DNA of 64,000 nt, taken from assembly GCF_018977255.1 (NCBI RefSeq), contig NW_024704743.1, positions 23,438,001-23,502,000 of the forward strand, given 5' to 3'. Shown one piece after another: positions 1 to 13,454 of this stretch (within the stretch, counting starts at the first letter, position 1; each line of letters opens with the position of its first letter). This DNA comes from Callorhinchus milii (taxonomy: Eukaryota). A program made the position numbers and the translations under genes. The notes under the pieces are model-generated. The model saw only the letters and a program-made list of their open reading frames with translations. It did not search any database and had not been told where the DNA came from.

Positions 1-956
1 ATAAATCAGTCAGGTGGCTGGAATCAACCTCCAGGGAGCAGAGAAGATTATCAAATGCTTTTCTAGCATACAATTATTTACAACAATTATTGATGCATAG
101 CCTATAAATGGAATCTACAACCCACTTGACATTGTCTTCAGTGTAATCAATTGAACTTTGTACTTGTAATTGGCTGACTTTAATTCATTGTGCATAAATC
201 GTACCCAATCCTAGATTCTTCATTATGTATCCTCTATTTATTTAAATGCGAACGAAAATGCTAAAAATGTTTCCGTCACTAATTCTGTTAGATAAAGTCA
301 GTGCTTGTCACAGCTCACTGTTCTGGAGACTAAATTAGATACTGAGTCAGCTCTCTTTCTACTCTCACAAGGTGTGTACAAATCTCAATGTAGGGAAAGC
401 TTTAGAGATGATGTTCATGTCAAATTATAATGATCAAAATAGCTTGCAGAATTTTTATTGTCTAACTTCCAAATTACTGTCAGACATGAGAGTCCCAAGT
501 CACAGGCTTTTGGCCTTATGAGACTTTGAATGCAGACTATATGTGCAAAATGGGCCTGGAAACCTCCAATTATTATATTACATTCTTATTTTTCTTGGCT
601 GCAAACAGCTTCTGAATATTATAAATCACAGGAGAGGAGAAGAGGGTTGAAAGGGTGCTGACGCCAGCATCTGTTTGCTGCTGGATTACCACCAGGATTC
701 AGCAGTGATCAGAGAGCTCAGTTCAGTTTGTAGATTGATCACATACTACACATCACCTCTATTAAACTATATCCATCCATAATAGTTGCAATCTGTCCAA
801 AATGCCATATTCTGTTTTTCCCATTCAGTGGGTTTTCTTAGTGCCCTGACATTGAGTATTTATGGTCATTATATCATTGATGTCAAATATCTAGTAATGT
901 GACAATGGTTTATCCAAAATGATTATTGAGTATGTTTAACATTTAAATCACCCATT

Positions 957-1320
957 TAATAATAATAATATTTCTGGTATAACACCTTGTTACTGGACGA
1001 ATGCAGCAGCCAGTTTTGTTCCCAGTAACATCTACAAAAATTGATGAAGTGAATGATCAATTTTATTTGGGGCATTGCTGGGCAGCACACCAGGAGAAAC
1101 TCCCTTCTCATTTTGAATCATGCCATGGGATCTTTAACCTCCACCTGAATAGGTAGATGGGGCCTTGGCTTAATGACTGATACGAAGGACGGCACCTCCA
1201 ACAATGCAACACACCCCCCAGCATTGCATTTGACTGTCAGCATAGGCTATATGGGTTTGAAGTCCTGAAGTGGGGCTTGTACCCACAATGGCAAGAGTGC
1301 TATCAAATAAGACAGCCTGA
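957..1320 (-). mobile_element. SINE-B (tRNA-headed Deu-domain SINE), decayed
   Basis: Reverse complement contains the Deu-like core (ccccatctacctattcaggtggaggttaaagatcccatggcatgattc), a head remnant (gtgggtacaagccccac) and a TTA tail; it matches the copy at 4053. Confidence 0.8.
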
Positions 1321-1449
1321 TACATAATATCAATACATTTATCTGCTTTTCTAATAAACAGATAGCCTGCAAAAAGTCTTTAGGAATTATATTCTGCTCA
1401 TCTCACCCTTTGTACTTAAGGCCATCACTTCCTAACCTATTCTTCTGCC

Positions 1450-2365
1450 CATCACAAGAAACTTTTGGATAAAGCTGGATCTTCGGCACATTTGAATTCT
1501 TCCTTCCAGAATACTTGCCCTATAGTCCTCTCAATGTAGCATCATACTATTTTTTTTCCTTTACCCGGAAGGTAATTAATGACTGAGACAGCTTACAAAA
1601 GGGTTGTTGAGGTAATCAGCAGTCCTTCTCTAACCTGTTCCAGTAATTAATTACCTTCTGGGTGAAGAAATACTTCCTGATCTCTGTCCTGTAATTACCC
1701 TTAGACGACTCAACCTGTATCCTTTTGTTCTGCCAAGTCGATGCATCTAAGAGTAATGATCTGGGTTTACTTTCTTAGTCCTGTTTAACTTCTTGTGTAC
1801 CTTTATGAGGTCCCTTCTCAGGAATATTCCTTCAAGACCAAAGGGCCTATCTTGTCTAATTGCTAGTTCAAATACTGAGGATCATTGTTGTGGTTCTCCT
1901 CTGCACTGGGTAGCTCCCCTGTGTATATAGCTTCCTTATGATAGTGACCAGCATTGTATGCAGTACTTCAGGTATGCCTAAAGCACTGTACAGCTTGAGT
2001 ATAACTTCTAGGGATCTAAACTCAATTAATTTGGCAATATAGACCAGCATCAAATGCAAGGAGTATTATTTACAAGCATCCCGTTTGCCTCACATTCTTT
2101 TGCCATGGTGAACCAGGATTTTTTTCAGATCTCTTTCTTTCTAGCCCATTCATAAAGTATATATTACTATTTGTATTTCCTACATGTAGAACCTTAATCT
2201 GCATTAAACTTCATTTGCCAGTTATCAGCCCACATGCATACCCTATCAGGGTCTCTCTGTAAAACAGTTGCTACCTCCTCTGATTCCATAATTCCCCTGA
2301 TTTGGTGTCCCCTTCAAATTTAACTAACTTGAACAGAGCTTGTGAATCCAGCGCATTAATATACA
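1450..2365 (-). mobile_element. CR1-clade LINE 3' fragment, decayed, with internal inverted segment
   Basis: Minus strand reads like the CR1 RT C-terminus (WQMKFNA-like at ~2200; KYFFTQKVINYWN-like at ~1635-1675); its 3' UTR resembles 47640-47735. Confidence 0.75.
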
Positions 2366-2379
2366 GGTCAAACAGCCTC

Positions 2380-2735
2380 TGAAAGAAGTGAGACAGGAAT
2401 AGAGGGGTATGGGACAGGGATAAGGGATAAGCCTGATAATAATTCCTCAAGAAAACAATAAAAATAATAATAATTTGGTAATTTCAATCCACGACAGTTT
2501 GTGGAACATTGATGTGCGCAATTGGCATTTCGCCCACAAATATACAGTCAATTCACTTTACAGTATATTCTGTGAAGCACTTTGAGACCTCTAGAAGAGG
2601 TGAAAAGCACCATGTCAAATGCAAGGATTATTATTCTTATAAGGAGAGGAGATTAGGACAGGTAGAGTAAAAATACAGATTAGTTGGGCCAAATGACCCG
2701 TTTCAGTGCTGTACAGTCTTTGGAATCCTATGAAT
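2380..2735 (+). mobile_element. CR1 3' UTR remnant interrupted by a SINE-A fragment
   Basis: gaatagaggggtatggg ... ttgggccaaatgacccgtttcagtgctgtac ... cctatga resembles a typical CR1 terminus. Confidence 0.55.
2431..2640 (+). mobile_element. SINE-A, 5'-truncated
   Basis: Matches the 3' two-thirds of the copy at 52115 (aatccacgacagtttgtgg...cgcccacaaatatacagtcaattcactttacag...aaatgcaaggattatt). Confidence 0.9.
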
Positions 2736-4052
2736 AGGTTGTGACCTTCAACAGGACTGAATTAGCAGCACTCTCCTCTTTTAAGTGTGAATAGGCCTGC
2801 TGCAGACATTCAGTATGTCTTTATTTCAGGTTCCCTACACCTGCACATTTCGTTTAATCTGGATTTTGATTACATTTAATATATAACCGTCATTCTCATT
2901 TTAAAAAAAAACCCTGGATTCTTGCCTTACAAATGATCACCAGTGATCTATTGCCCTGACAACTTTGTGAATTAGACTGGCATGTTAAAGGCATTTCATT
3001 CCTAGACATGGCTTTGTACTTCATGCTCAGGTATACAATATCTCCTTTAGGTGATTAATCAAGTGCTGATCTACTCAAACAGGTTCTAAGGAAGAAGCAT
3101 CAAACTGAAACCCAGGACTTCCTCCCAATCAAAGTTTCCTTACCCATACCATATCTAGTCACTGTAAATCCTGTGAGCTGACTATTTATTACCTGAAGGG
3201 CATTTTGTGGCTCCCTGGTGGTGCCCGCCAATGTTTATAGCATCTGAGTAGATTGGCGCACCTTGTACAGACGTGCTGGCCTATCAGTTGTCTCACTTAA
3301 TTTTTTTTAGTAAATCGTAGTATCTCCTGACTCAGAGATACAGATGAAATATCCCATTTACAGTTACCCTGTCAAAAGCTGAGACCAAATGAAAACAAGC
3401 AAATAAAAATTGGGTAGCCTGCATCTGAAAGAAATACTGCATACCTGAGGATGGAGGATAAAGCGATTCCTAAGAAAGAAATGCCTTCAACATCCCAGTC
3501 CAATCCACAAAGTTGTCAGGGCAATAACAGTTAAGGGTGGGAATAAGGCAGAGTGCAGGCTTAATAGCTAATGCTGCATGATCAGATAAGACAAGTGAAC
3601 CCAACCTTGTTGTGCAGTAAGTTTTGCAGCTATATGATGTCTATTTTAATAGACATTAAAATAAACTCAAAACACAAACAGGTTCAATGGGAATAGAAGC
3701 AGAAAGCATTCCAATAAAGAATAGTTACCAGCTTTGTCATCTGACAGGAGATGCATATATTTACGTACTACAGTAACAGATTATTTGCTTTCACATACCT
3801 TTTGCCAAATGTTTGTATTTTGCTTCTGAAAAAGCTTCAGTTTTGTTTGTCAGATGGTATCTTCTTTGTAAATTCACAATAACAAACGGATCATTGTTTA
3901 TTAGCTTCGTAATATTTATTATTGAAAAATTCCAGTTAAAATCGAGAACCACAACATAGCGTGTGTGTGGTGCATGTCTCATTTTCTCAATTTGGAAGTT
4001 CTCTTCTCCACTTGCGGATTTTCTTTCGTTCTCATGCACATTCGAGTTTCAT

Positions 4053-4497
4053 GTAGCAGCCTGGCTCAGTTGGTAGCGTTCTCAGCTCTGAGTCAGAAGC
4101 TTGTGGGTTCAAGCCCCACACCAGAAGTTGGAACGTATATAGTCATAAGATGACACTCCAATGCAGTGCTGGAGTGTGCTGTATTGTTGGAAGTTCATTC
4201 TTTCGGATGACGTGTTAAAACGAGGACCCATCTGTCTATTCAGGTAGATGTTCAGGTTCTCGTGGCACTGTTCAAAAAAGAGAAGGGAGTTTCTCTTCGT
4301 GTCCTGGCTAACAATCCCCCAAGAAAAATTTGTCATTCATTTCATAGCTGTTGATGGGACAATTGCTGTGTGCAATTGGCTGTCTCGTTTGCCCACAGGA
4401 CACACAGTCACTGCACTTTACAGCATATTCTGTGAAGCTTTTTGGGGCTTCCTCCTGATGCGTACGGTAGCATACCAAATATAAGTATTATTATTAC
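4053..4497 (+). mobile_element. SINE-B, near full length (tRNA-like head + Deu domain + L2-type tail)
   Basis: A-box tggctcagttgg, B-box ggttcaagcc, Deu-like core tgttaaaacgaggacccatctgtctattcaggtagatg...gtgtcctggctaac, tail ending in TTA repeats. Confidence 0.9.
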
Positions 4498-6152
4498 TGT
4501 TATTTTCAATTATTTAAGGATTACAATGCTTTTCAATGTGAACCTTTACTTATACACCTGTAGCAACTTTCATGTAGAACAAATGTCTCAGATTTCAGTT
4601 TTACGAGTAACTATGATGTGCCTAACTTTGACGTCATCTATTCCCTGATCTAATGTAAGTATTGTGAGAAATTTTTAATTGAAATTGTAGTGCTAATAAA
4701 ATCAGTCAAATGAAACCTGAAACCCGAATGCTTAATGATGTGTACTGATGTTTTTGATATGCTGTACTGATAATTAAGGGGAAAACTTTACGTTTTTTAG
4801 CTGTCTTTGAATCAGTCAAAATAATAATTTTTTCAAAAGTTGAGGCTCTTATCCAATCACAATATTGGAGCAAAATGCAAATCACATGCACCATGTACAT
4901 TTCACGTAAAGTGTGTGGCTGATGCTATATTGCACAAAGACTGTCTGGGAAAACAAACACAATTATGGGGCTGTGATAGAAAACATGCAAGTTGGAGGGA
5001 GAGAGCTCAGCAAGCAATGGTTTCATCCACAGACTATTCTTTTGTGTATCTCGGGGCAACTGTGATGTGCACAGTGAAATTTGACAATTTGGTACCCTGA
5101 TATGCAATTTAGTATGCGTTTATTTGGCAGTTGAACTGGTAAAACCAACCATGTCATTTTGATGGACTGCCTTAATTTGCATCTGAAGCTGGCTACAGCC
5201 AGTTGTGTTGTGTGTATACACAGTATTTTCATTTTGCAAAGGTGTCACAAACTGAAATCATTTCTTGGTGATTCTGTTGCCTATTTGCAAATTGTAGATG
5301 ACTGGTTCAAGGAGATGGAGAAAGTGAGAGAAAACCTCATCTTTACGCAGGGGCTTTTCTTTAACCCTTGAATTTGTCAGGACTGCAGTCTGACAACTGA
5401 AATGTAGTATGTATACATCCATGTATACAATGAGACTTTCAGCTGACAAACTACATGCTGAAATGATTATAGTTTGCTGGTGTATAGATGTCCAGTCCGA
5501 AAGAATTTCAAACTCACTTATTTGATTTATCTGGTCTTTTATGCAATAAGTGAGGGTAATAAGGAATTGATCTGACAGACTTCACTATAATTGGAACAAC
5601 TACACCAGAGTTTATTAACACAGACTAAGAATAGAAAACATCATTTGATTTTAACTTTTGTAGTAATTTAAATTGCTGAAGTCATTTAAGCTATTTAAGG
5701 GAGAAAGGTAGAGAGAATGCTTTTCATGTAAAGAACTCAGTCACTCTCTTCTCCTCCCCTACAACTAACAATTTATGTAATAATGAGAAATTACTACAAA
5801 GAAAATCTCCCACTTCATAGGTCCTACTTTTTTGTTCATCACCCATCATTGGTTACAAGCTTGTCTATTGAGAATGCGTCAACATTTTATCTGGTCCCAG
5901 GTGAAGAGAGATGAGTTCTGTCCAGGTCATACTAATATCCAGCCAATGCTGACTGATCTCATCTTAGATGTTTATTGGTTGGCACCCAGAACCACTTCAA
6001 ACGCTGATCCATGAGATTTCTTTGGAACCTGTGTATAAATAATTCATAATAATAAAAATAATAACCCTTATCTTCGGTATAGCACGTTTCACTTCAGTTG
6101 GATATCTCAAGAGATTTATTAATAAGGTAATAAGATATCTCAAAAGTGTTTC

Positions 6153-6215
6153 AACAACAACAGCAACAATTTGCATTTATATAGTGCCCCTCATGCAGGG
6201 TAGCGTCCCAGAGCT
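6153..6215 (-). mobile_element. L2b 3' tail-only insertion
   Basis: Reverse complement: gctctgggacgctaccctgcatgaggggcactatataaatgcaaattgttg(ctg)ttgttg. Confidence 0.8.
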
Positions 6216-6589
6216 GATATTGTAAAACACAAAACATACTGTAAACTTCAGTGACTATACCATTTACATACCTATTTTTTGCATGTAATAATTGCTGTGA
6301 AAATCACAAAACTGCTTAATAAATAGCTTGTGAAAATAAATCATGGCGAAATATTTTATGAAGAATGCACCAGCTTCGAGAGAACGCTTTCAATTGTTCT
6401 TGCAGTTAACAAAAAATCTCTGAGCGCGGGAAACGACTGGGCTGTGACATTTGATCCCCAAAAGACATTTTGGGGATCAAATAGGAATCCTAGCCTATGG
6501 AAATTGGAATAAAGGGGAAAATTTACGATTTCAGTCAAGGCAAGGTTCAGATAATATACTATATGGAAGTGTATACTGTCTGGAAGTGA

Positions 6590-6892
6590 GGTAGCACTCC
6601 TCTGAGCCAGCAGGTTGTGGGTTCAAGCCACACATTTAGGACTTTGAACTCATAATACAGGCTAGCACTCCAATGAAGCATCGGAGGAGTGTTGCAATTT
6701 TGCGAAATACAAATTATATGCACCCTGTAGATGTTAAAGATCCCATGGCACTGTTCACAATGAGAAGGGAATTTCTTCCAGTGTCCTGCCCAACAATCCC
6801 CCAGATTGGTCAGTTATTTTATGGTTAATGTGTACAAATTGGCTCCAGTGATGACTCAAAAAGGCACTCTATAAAATGATTATTATTAATTA
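6590..6892 (+). mobile_element. SINE-B, decayed with internal deletions
   Basis: ggtagcactcctctgagccagcaggttgtgggttcaagcc; gttaaagatcccatggcactgttc; gtgtcctgcccaacaatcc. Confidence 0.85.
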
Positions 6893-7334
6893 TCACAGAA
6901 CAGGTGGCATTTGCTGGTTTTTGAAGCTATCTATGAATTTGTATTAATCAAATAAGAAAGCTGCTTGACAGACAGACTGTCTGATAGAAATAGATTTCTA
7001 ATGCTCATTTGCGACAATTATTTCACATGTCCCTGTTTTGAGAGAACACTTGGAACCTTTTAGAATCGAAGGGAACATTATGTAATATCTTTGAACAGGC
7101 TTTTCAAGTCGCAGAGGCACAAAAGGAAGTTCTAAAGTAAAATATTAATGAAATGTCCTTTGCCTTAATGAACATTTTATTTTGAGAAATAATTGTTCTC
7201 CAGTCCCAGAACAATAAAACCATTTTCTAAAGGCAACTTGCTGTGACATTTGACATCACATAGTACAGATTTGTTCACATGTTGCAGCCTTCAGTGTAGG
7301 ACTTCAACTAATTCAATGCAAGTGGGTTTTGAGC

Positions 7335-7500
7335 TCTCCTAATGGCTCAGGTGATAAACCTCTGCCAGGATTTTGGCTGAACTTTCACGGGTCAAGAAGG
7401 TCTTGGGTGTGATAGTGAGCCTGTGCTGTGCTTTTATCTAGCGCAATGATATAAAGCTGCAGTTAGTCTCAGTGACCCTGACCTAACAAGAGAAAAATTC
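7335..7500 (+). mobile_element. SINE-C (very old tRNA-derived SINE; AmnSINE2/UCON3-like, tentative)
   Basis: Weak similarity to 19630, 31215, 40330 and 62920 (tggctcag...gaaggtcttgggt...ctgtgctg...ttagtctcagtgaccctg...aaaaattc). Confidence 0.45.
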
Positions 7501-7761
7501 TGCTTTTGCAGCAGAGTTCCCAAAGTAGGCATAACACATTGCCAAAGAGGAAATGTGTCATGCCTCTGTTACCTTATTAATAAATCTCTTTGAAGGTTTG
7601 CTGCAAATTAAGCTGATTGTTAAATTCTCAGCATGCTTCATTGCTTTCTAGTAATGAAAGGGTTTGCAGAACCCTTGTGATTTCTAGTAGATTGTAATTG
7701 TTTGTTATTATTTGTTTATACTCACAATTAGTTTTGGCCCATGATAATACTAATTATTATG

Positions 7762-8629
7762 ACAACAACAACAAAACAACAAAATTACATTTGTATAGCA
7801 CCTTTCATGTCGGGAGGACGTGCCAAGGCGCTGGACAGAGTTTTGGTCCGGAGCTGGAGGTCGTGGTCAGGGAGGGTGGAGAGCAAGGGGAAGCGGGGAG
7901 ATCGAAAGCACGGTTGAAGAGGAGGGTCTTGAGATGGGTCTTGAAGGTGGCAAGGGAGGGGGTGAGGTGGAGGGACTGCAGGATGGAGTTCCAGAGGGTG
8001 GGGGCAGAGTGGCAGAAGGCCTGCCTACCAATAGTGGGGTGAGTGAGGTGGGGGACGTGAAGCAGGCCTGAGCCCTGAACGGAGGGAGTGAGCAGGCTGG
8101 TAGAGGGTTAGGAGGTCGCAGAGGTAGGGGGAGCAAGACCATAGAGGGCTTTGAAGGTGAGGAACAGGATCTTGAGTTGTATCCTCTGCGTGATGGGAAG
8201 CCAGTGGAATCGGGCGAGGATGGGGGTGATAGGGTCGCGGAGCCTAGTACGGGAGAGGACTGGATAATCTGCAGCCTACGAAGGGAGGAGTTGGGGAGGC
8301 CGACAAGCAATGAGATTGCATAGTCAAGCCTCGATGTAATGAAAGCATGTATGAGGGTTTTGGCGGCCTGTGGTGTGAGACAGTGGCGGAGCTGGGCGAT
8401 GTTGCAGAGGTGGGGGAAGGCAGATGTGGGGTAGAAAGGACAATTGAGGGTCAAAAAGACTCCCAAGGTTCTGGACTGGCTTAGCAAGGTGGAGTGTGCA
8501 ACCATGGATGGTGATGCTGTGAGGTGTGAAAGCGCTGACGGGAGCCAATCAGGAAGGCCTCGGTCTTGTTGACATTCAACTGAAGAAAGTTAGCTCTTAT
8601 CCAGGACTTGATGTCTGACAGACATTATG
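7762..8629 (-). mobile_element. L2a LINE, 5'-truncated (RT C-terminal part + 3' UTR + tail)
   Basis: ORF fragment [21 protein letters not shown]; tail cagcgccttggcacgtcctcccgacatgaaaggtgctatacaaatgtaattttgttg. Confidence 0.95.
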
Positions 8630-10084
8630 AATTCAGACTAGGGAATCATTTTTATTATTATTATTGTGTATATGAAAAGAGATATCTTGTTTTTTTGAAC
8701 AGGATTTGCACTGGTTGAGACTTTGTGTGGATAGCAGTTTTATGCTGACTGCGCTAGTTAATCCACTATGCCAATCCCTCCATAACAACCTAATAAAAAG
8801 GTGACTGTTTATAGCAATTAGGGTAGATTCAACCCCAGTGACAATCACTCCACTCCACAAAAGTTGTGTTAATTATTACATTGCAGAAAATTCTACCCAA
8901 AGTTTACGGGGAACAATTTTCTATGATTTGATGTCACAATCATCACCAATGATATTTAACGCACCACACGTCACAATTTTTTACCGCCTTCCACCAAACC
9001 TTCAATGTATGATGGAAACAGGCCTCCCTCAAGTGGTGTGAAGTAATTTCTGTAGGTTTATTGAGACATAATATGCAATTGACTGCAGGCGATTTTTCTG
9101 CCCAGTGAATGTCTCACTAAACTAATGTAAACCTCCTTGCTAAGTTGCTAAAGTTTCCTCGCTGTCACATTCGGCTTGTTGTCATTTTGCTGTTTGTCAG
9201 ATCAAAAGTGTCAATTAAAGTCTCTAGTGTTCCTGAAAACCTTCTGTTATTTAACAGCTACCATGTATGCATGCACCAAGGGCCTTTATAGAAGGTGACC
9301 AGTTGAATGAGATGAACATTCAAATAACCACAAGTGTCTGGTTTCCTGAGTGTATTGAAATATCCTGTCTTCAATTGTATAATCCAAGGTTGATATACAG
9401 TAAGAGTGCCCCAGGCTTCACTTGTTTAATAAGTTATCAGCTATAAATGTATCAAACCATTCGGTCAGATCTAGTTTCCTTACAAGGGATGCTTGTGTTA
9501 AATTATTTTTGATTGTTTTATTGGTACAAGCTGGGAGACGATATAGCCTTGGGGAGGGTCAGTTGGCTTTCTGTTCTGAAAGAACATTTGATGTCTGTTT
9601 ATAGGACTTGAAGATAGGACTGAATGATTTTATTTGCAGATGCATCAAACATGAATAATTAAGAGCAATTTGGGCTCTTCCTTGGAAGAACAGTGCAAGT
9701 CAGCATTATATCTTCTCCGCCCTTCACATCCACACAATCCTGGTCCTTGTTCTGTTTGAATATGAGGGAATCGCTGGAACAAGTGACCCACAAGATATCT
9801 TTAATATTTAAACATCCACGAGCCTAGATAGAATACCCAGGTGATAGTGGAATAGGGTCCAGCACTCAGCTTTACAATTTTGTATTGAAAGGTCCAGTGG
9901 GAATTGGTTGGATGTGGAAATGTCAACAGGTCTGATTTTCTGGAGGAGACTGGAGGTTGTATTGAGATTGTTAATAAATACATAAGACTGATCACAAAAA
10001 AATTGATCTTCTAAAAGAGAATCAGATGTTCCCATACACAATAGGATTGACACTTGGAACAGTTTATGGTTACCATCTATACCC

Positions 10085-10270
10085 AAGATCAGTGACGTAA
10101 ACCATTTGCAGACAAGACCTTAGTTTAATATCTCATCTGAAGGGCAACATCCCCGACATTCAAACTGCATTGGAACTTACAACATTAGCTCAGAATCTAC
10201 ATCATGGGACTTGAATCCATAATCTTCCTACATTGAGACCAGCATATTACCAACCGAGCTAAGCTGAGAG
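10085..10270 (-). mobile_element. SINE-B 5' half, decayed
   Basis: Reverse complement: cagcttagctcggttggtaat...ggattcaagtccc...cccttcagatgagatattaaac. Confidence 0.65.
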
Positions 10271-10700
10271 TTGAATGACATTTCCTGGATATGAAGGTGA
10301 GTCTCTTTGTGTGTTTATGTGGAACTTAGGAATTTATGTAATAAAATTAAACGAAGCATGGAACATAAAAATATCATCAACTCTCAGCTTGACTCATTTA
10401 GTAATACAGTACTTTTGTCTCCAGGTCAGAAGATTATGGGTTTAAGTCCCATTTGGAGCCTTTGAACTCAATTTCCAGGCTACAACTTTATATTTCCTAC
10501 CAAAGTAGATCGGGTCGGAATGTTGTTCCCATGGGTTGGCATGACATACTTCACAGGGGTGCCCGGTTGTCTTGTCAAGAATCCCATCAAAGAATGGTAC
10601 TCCCTAACTATAACTCATCTGAGTCAATACTTACAGGACTTATTTTGTGGCATGCGGTAGTTTTTTTGAAATCATCCAATGATCACTATTAGTCATTAGT

Positions 10701-11025
10701 GGAGTCCTGTAGCATACTGGTTAGAGCACTCGCCTCGCAAGCGAGAGGACTCGAATTTGATTCCTACTTAGTAGTAAGTAGGAATCCTGTTGTGAATCGA
10801 TTGGCTAATTGCTTTTTGGGATAATAATCAACTAAAAAAAAGGAAAATAATAATAATTTGGGCACTCAGTCCACAACTGTTTGAGGGACACTGCTGTGTG
10901 TAATTGGCTGCTGTGTTTCATCCACAAAATATAGTCAATTCATTTTACAGTATTTTCTGTGAAGCCCTTTGAGACGTCTCAACAATGTGATAAGCCGCCA
11001 CATCAAATACAAGTATTGTTATTAT
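10701..11025 (+). mobile_element. SINE-A, long form
   Basis: tRNA-Ala-like head ggagtcctgtagc...ctcgcctcgcaagcgag, insert ttagtagtaagtaggaatcctg, Deu 3' part, L2-type tail. Confidence 0.9.
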
Positions 11026-12726
11026 ATTGTGCATGTTTTGCATATTGTGCTGCATCTTTGTAAGAGCTCCATTGGGCAGTAATCTAGTTTTTCACTGAAC
11101 AATGTGGGTGAGCAGCAGTAGAAACCTAGCACTTGTTCAGAGGGCTAAGCAGTAAATCCACGCCTTGCTGCCTTACTGTTTCTTCTCTACCCATGTTCCA
11201 CAAGAGCCTTCACATCTTATCAAATTTCACCATCTCAGCAGTTACCCAGAACGCTTTTCACTTTATTTTTTAATATACACTTGCATACTGTAAGGCCTGA
11301 CATCTCACTAACCTTATTTTGCATCTGAGATATTGTTCAAATATGGTTTTGTAACCTCTAATTCACTTTATATGAGCAAATATATATATATGCTTACCAT
11401 TCACTTCTTTTTCTGCACTGATTTTATAAATAAACTTTCAGGCGATCCATTTACAATTGGATTAATCCGCAGTTTTGAGTAAACATACAAGTGCCTTACC
11501 CCCTGTGTACTGTTGGATTCAATAACTCTTTATTGCATTTTCTGTAAGATTTAATTCACATGGAGCTTCAACCACTGAATCATAGATTTTTGGCCTCTTA
11601 TTCAAAAATGTTCAGGAACATTGCTGTGACATTTCAATACTTCATGAAATCATTCATTAGATGAACCCAATTTTTCTGAATTGCAAGTTATTATCTCATT
11701 TTGGGAAACAATAGGCAATGACTCATTTACAAAAGAAAACAAAGAAATATTGTAATCCAGTGATATTACCAATTCAGTAGTACCTACAGGCTTGGTTTAA
11801 TCTTTATTATTAATGTGCACATCTCTGCAGTGATCACAATGCTGCTGCAAACATCTGCCTGTGCATTGGTAGACTTTACTCTCCCGTGATTGTTGGTATA
11901 GCCAGTGGATTGCTTTTGGAACTAACCAGATAGATCACAGTTGCCTTGTACATTTCTGTGTGTAAATGTTGTTCTGGTGTTGGGCATCTTTTGTTTAGCT
12001 CAATTAGGAATTGGCCACGATTGCAATGAATGGTGCTCCTCTGATTCAAACTTAACGGCTCCATGTATCATCACTCCTAATAGCTGGCCTGTGTAAGCCT
12101 ACAAAATAGATGATCAGTCAATAATGGCAATGTATATTTAGTTTTCAGCTGGAGACTAAGGGGAATTTTTTGAATAGAAAATATACCCGTAGATTTCCTT
12201 CCAACTTAAGTGATCAGTTTGATTTGTACACAATAAATGCACACTACGTCTCAGAATTCAGTGAACACTGGTAAACTACCCAGTCTTCACTTCATGATTT
12301 AGACTATTCACAACCCCATGACTTATTATTGCCTCATATTGCGCTGCAGACAATCTAATCCTGAATATCCGAAATCTCGCTACCCTAATGGGAAAGGGCT
12401 CAGATTCTGTTGACTACACCAAACTGTGGATATTTGTTCTTCTCTGAGACCATCTCATAAACTAGTTGGCAGAAAAATCATGAACACTGATTCCATTAAA
12501 TAAGGAATAGAAAATCAATACAATATGCAAAATAGCTGAGAGCCTATATTTTGCACTAACTAGGACTTGCCTGAATGTGGATATGAAAACAGTGCGGTTA
12601 ATAGGTCTCCATGTGTTTGTATGTACATGTGTCTTTCTCCGTTTTTGTCCATTCCCATCCAGTCTCTTACCCGAATCTCTCCACTTGGTGCTGCAAGTTC
12701 TCACAATCATGTATCATCAGGACTGT

Positions 12727-13104
12727 GGAGTCCTGTTGCTCAGTGGATAGAGCACTCGCCTCGCAAGCGAGAGACCTGGGTTTGATTCCTGGCAGGGCGA
12801 AACGTTGGGCATCTTTCCTTAATCCACACACCTCTTTTACTTAGCAGTAAGTAGGAACCTGGTCGTTAGTCGATTGGTGGATCGCTTTTCCGTGGGTAAT
12901 AATTCCTTCCAAAAAATTAATAATAATAATAAATTGGTCACAATCCATGACTGTCTGTGGGACACTGCTATGCGCAGTTGGCTCGCCCATTTTGCCCACA
13001 AAATATACAATCAATTCACTTTACAGTACATTCTGTGAAGTGCTTTGAGACGTCTTGAAGACATGATAAGGTGCTATATCAAATTCAAGGATTATAATTA
13101 TTAT
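12727..13104 (+). mobile_element. SINE-A, long form, full length
   Basis: Complete head with A/B boxes, central insert cctcttttacttagcagtaagtaggaacctggtcgttagtcgattggtggatcgc, tail acgtcttgaagacatgataagg. Confidence 0.95.
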
Positions 13105-13454
13105 CAACATTACAATGATTCTGGATACATTGTGAGTGTACGAGCAACTTTAAAACAAACTGATGACACAGCCCGACTGAACTTCAACATCGGAGTTGTG
13201 TGGAAAAAATCGGAAGTGCGGAGAGTTGGCGTGTGGCGTTCTATCATTTACAGAAAAATACACTTCTCAGATGGAAACACTCCCAAAAATCAGATTTGTG
13301 TCTCTTCCCATCAGTCCTAAGATCAAGAACTGAAATGGTGAACTCTGATTTCACCTATTAGCATTGAAGTCTTCTCATCACAAAGCACAGGGGTTGTGCT
13401 GGACGGGCATTCACTATTGAAAAATCCCAGTTTATCGCATTTTTAAAAAAAATG

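Noticed and set aside
3368..3470. Two tiny minus-strand exon-like segments
   Set aside because: Short, adjacent and without supporting homology
8821..8898. gggtaga...tctaccc short terminal inverted repeat (MITE-like)
   Set aside because: Only 7-bp arms and no clear second copy in the window
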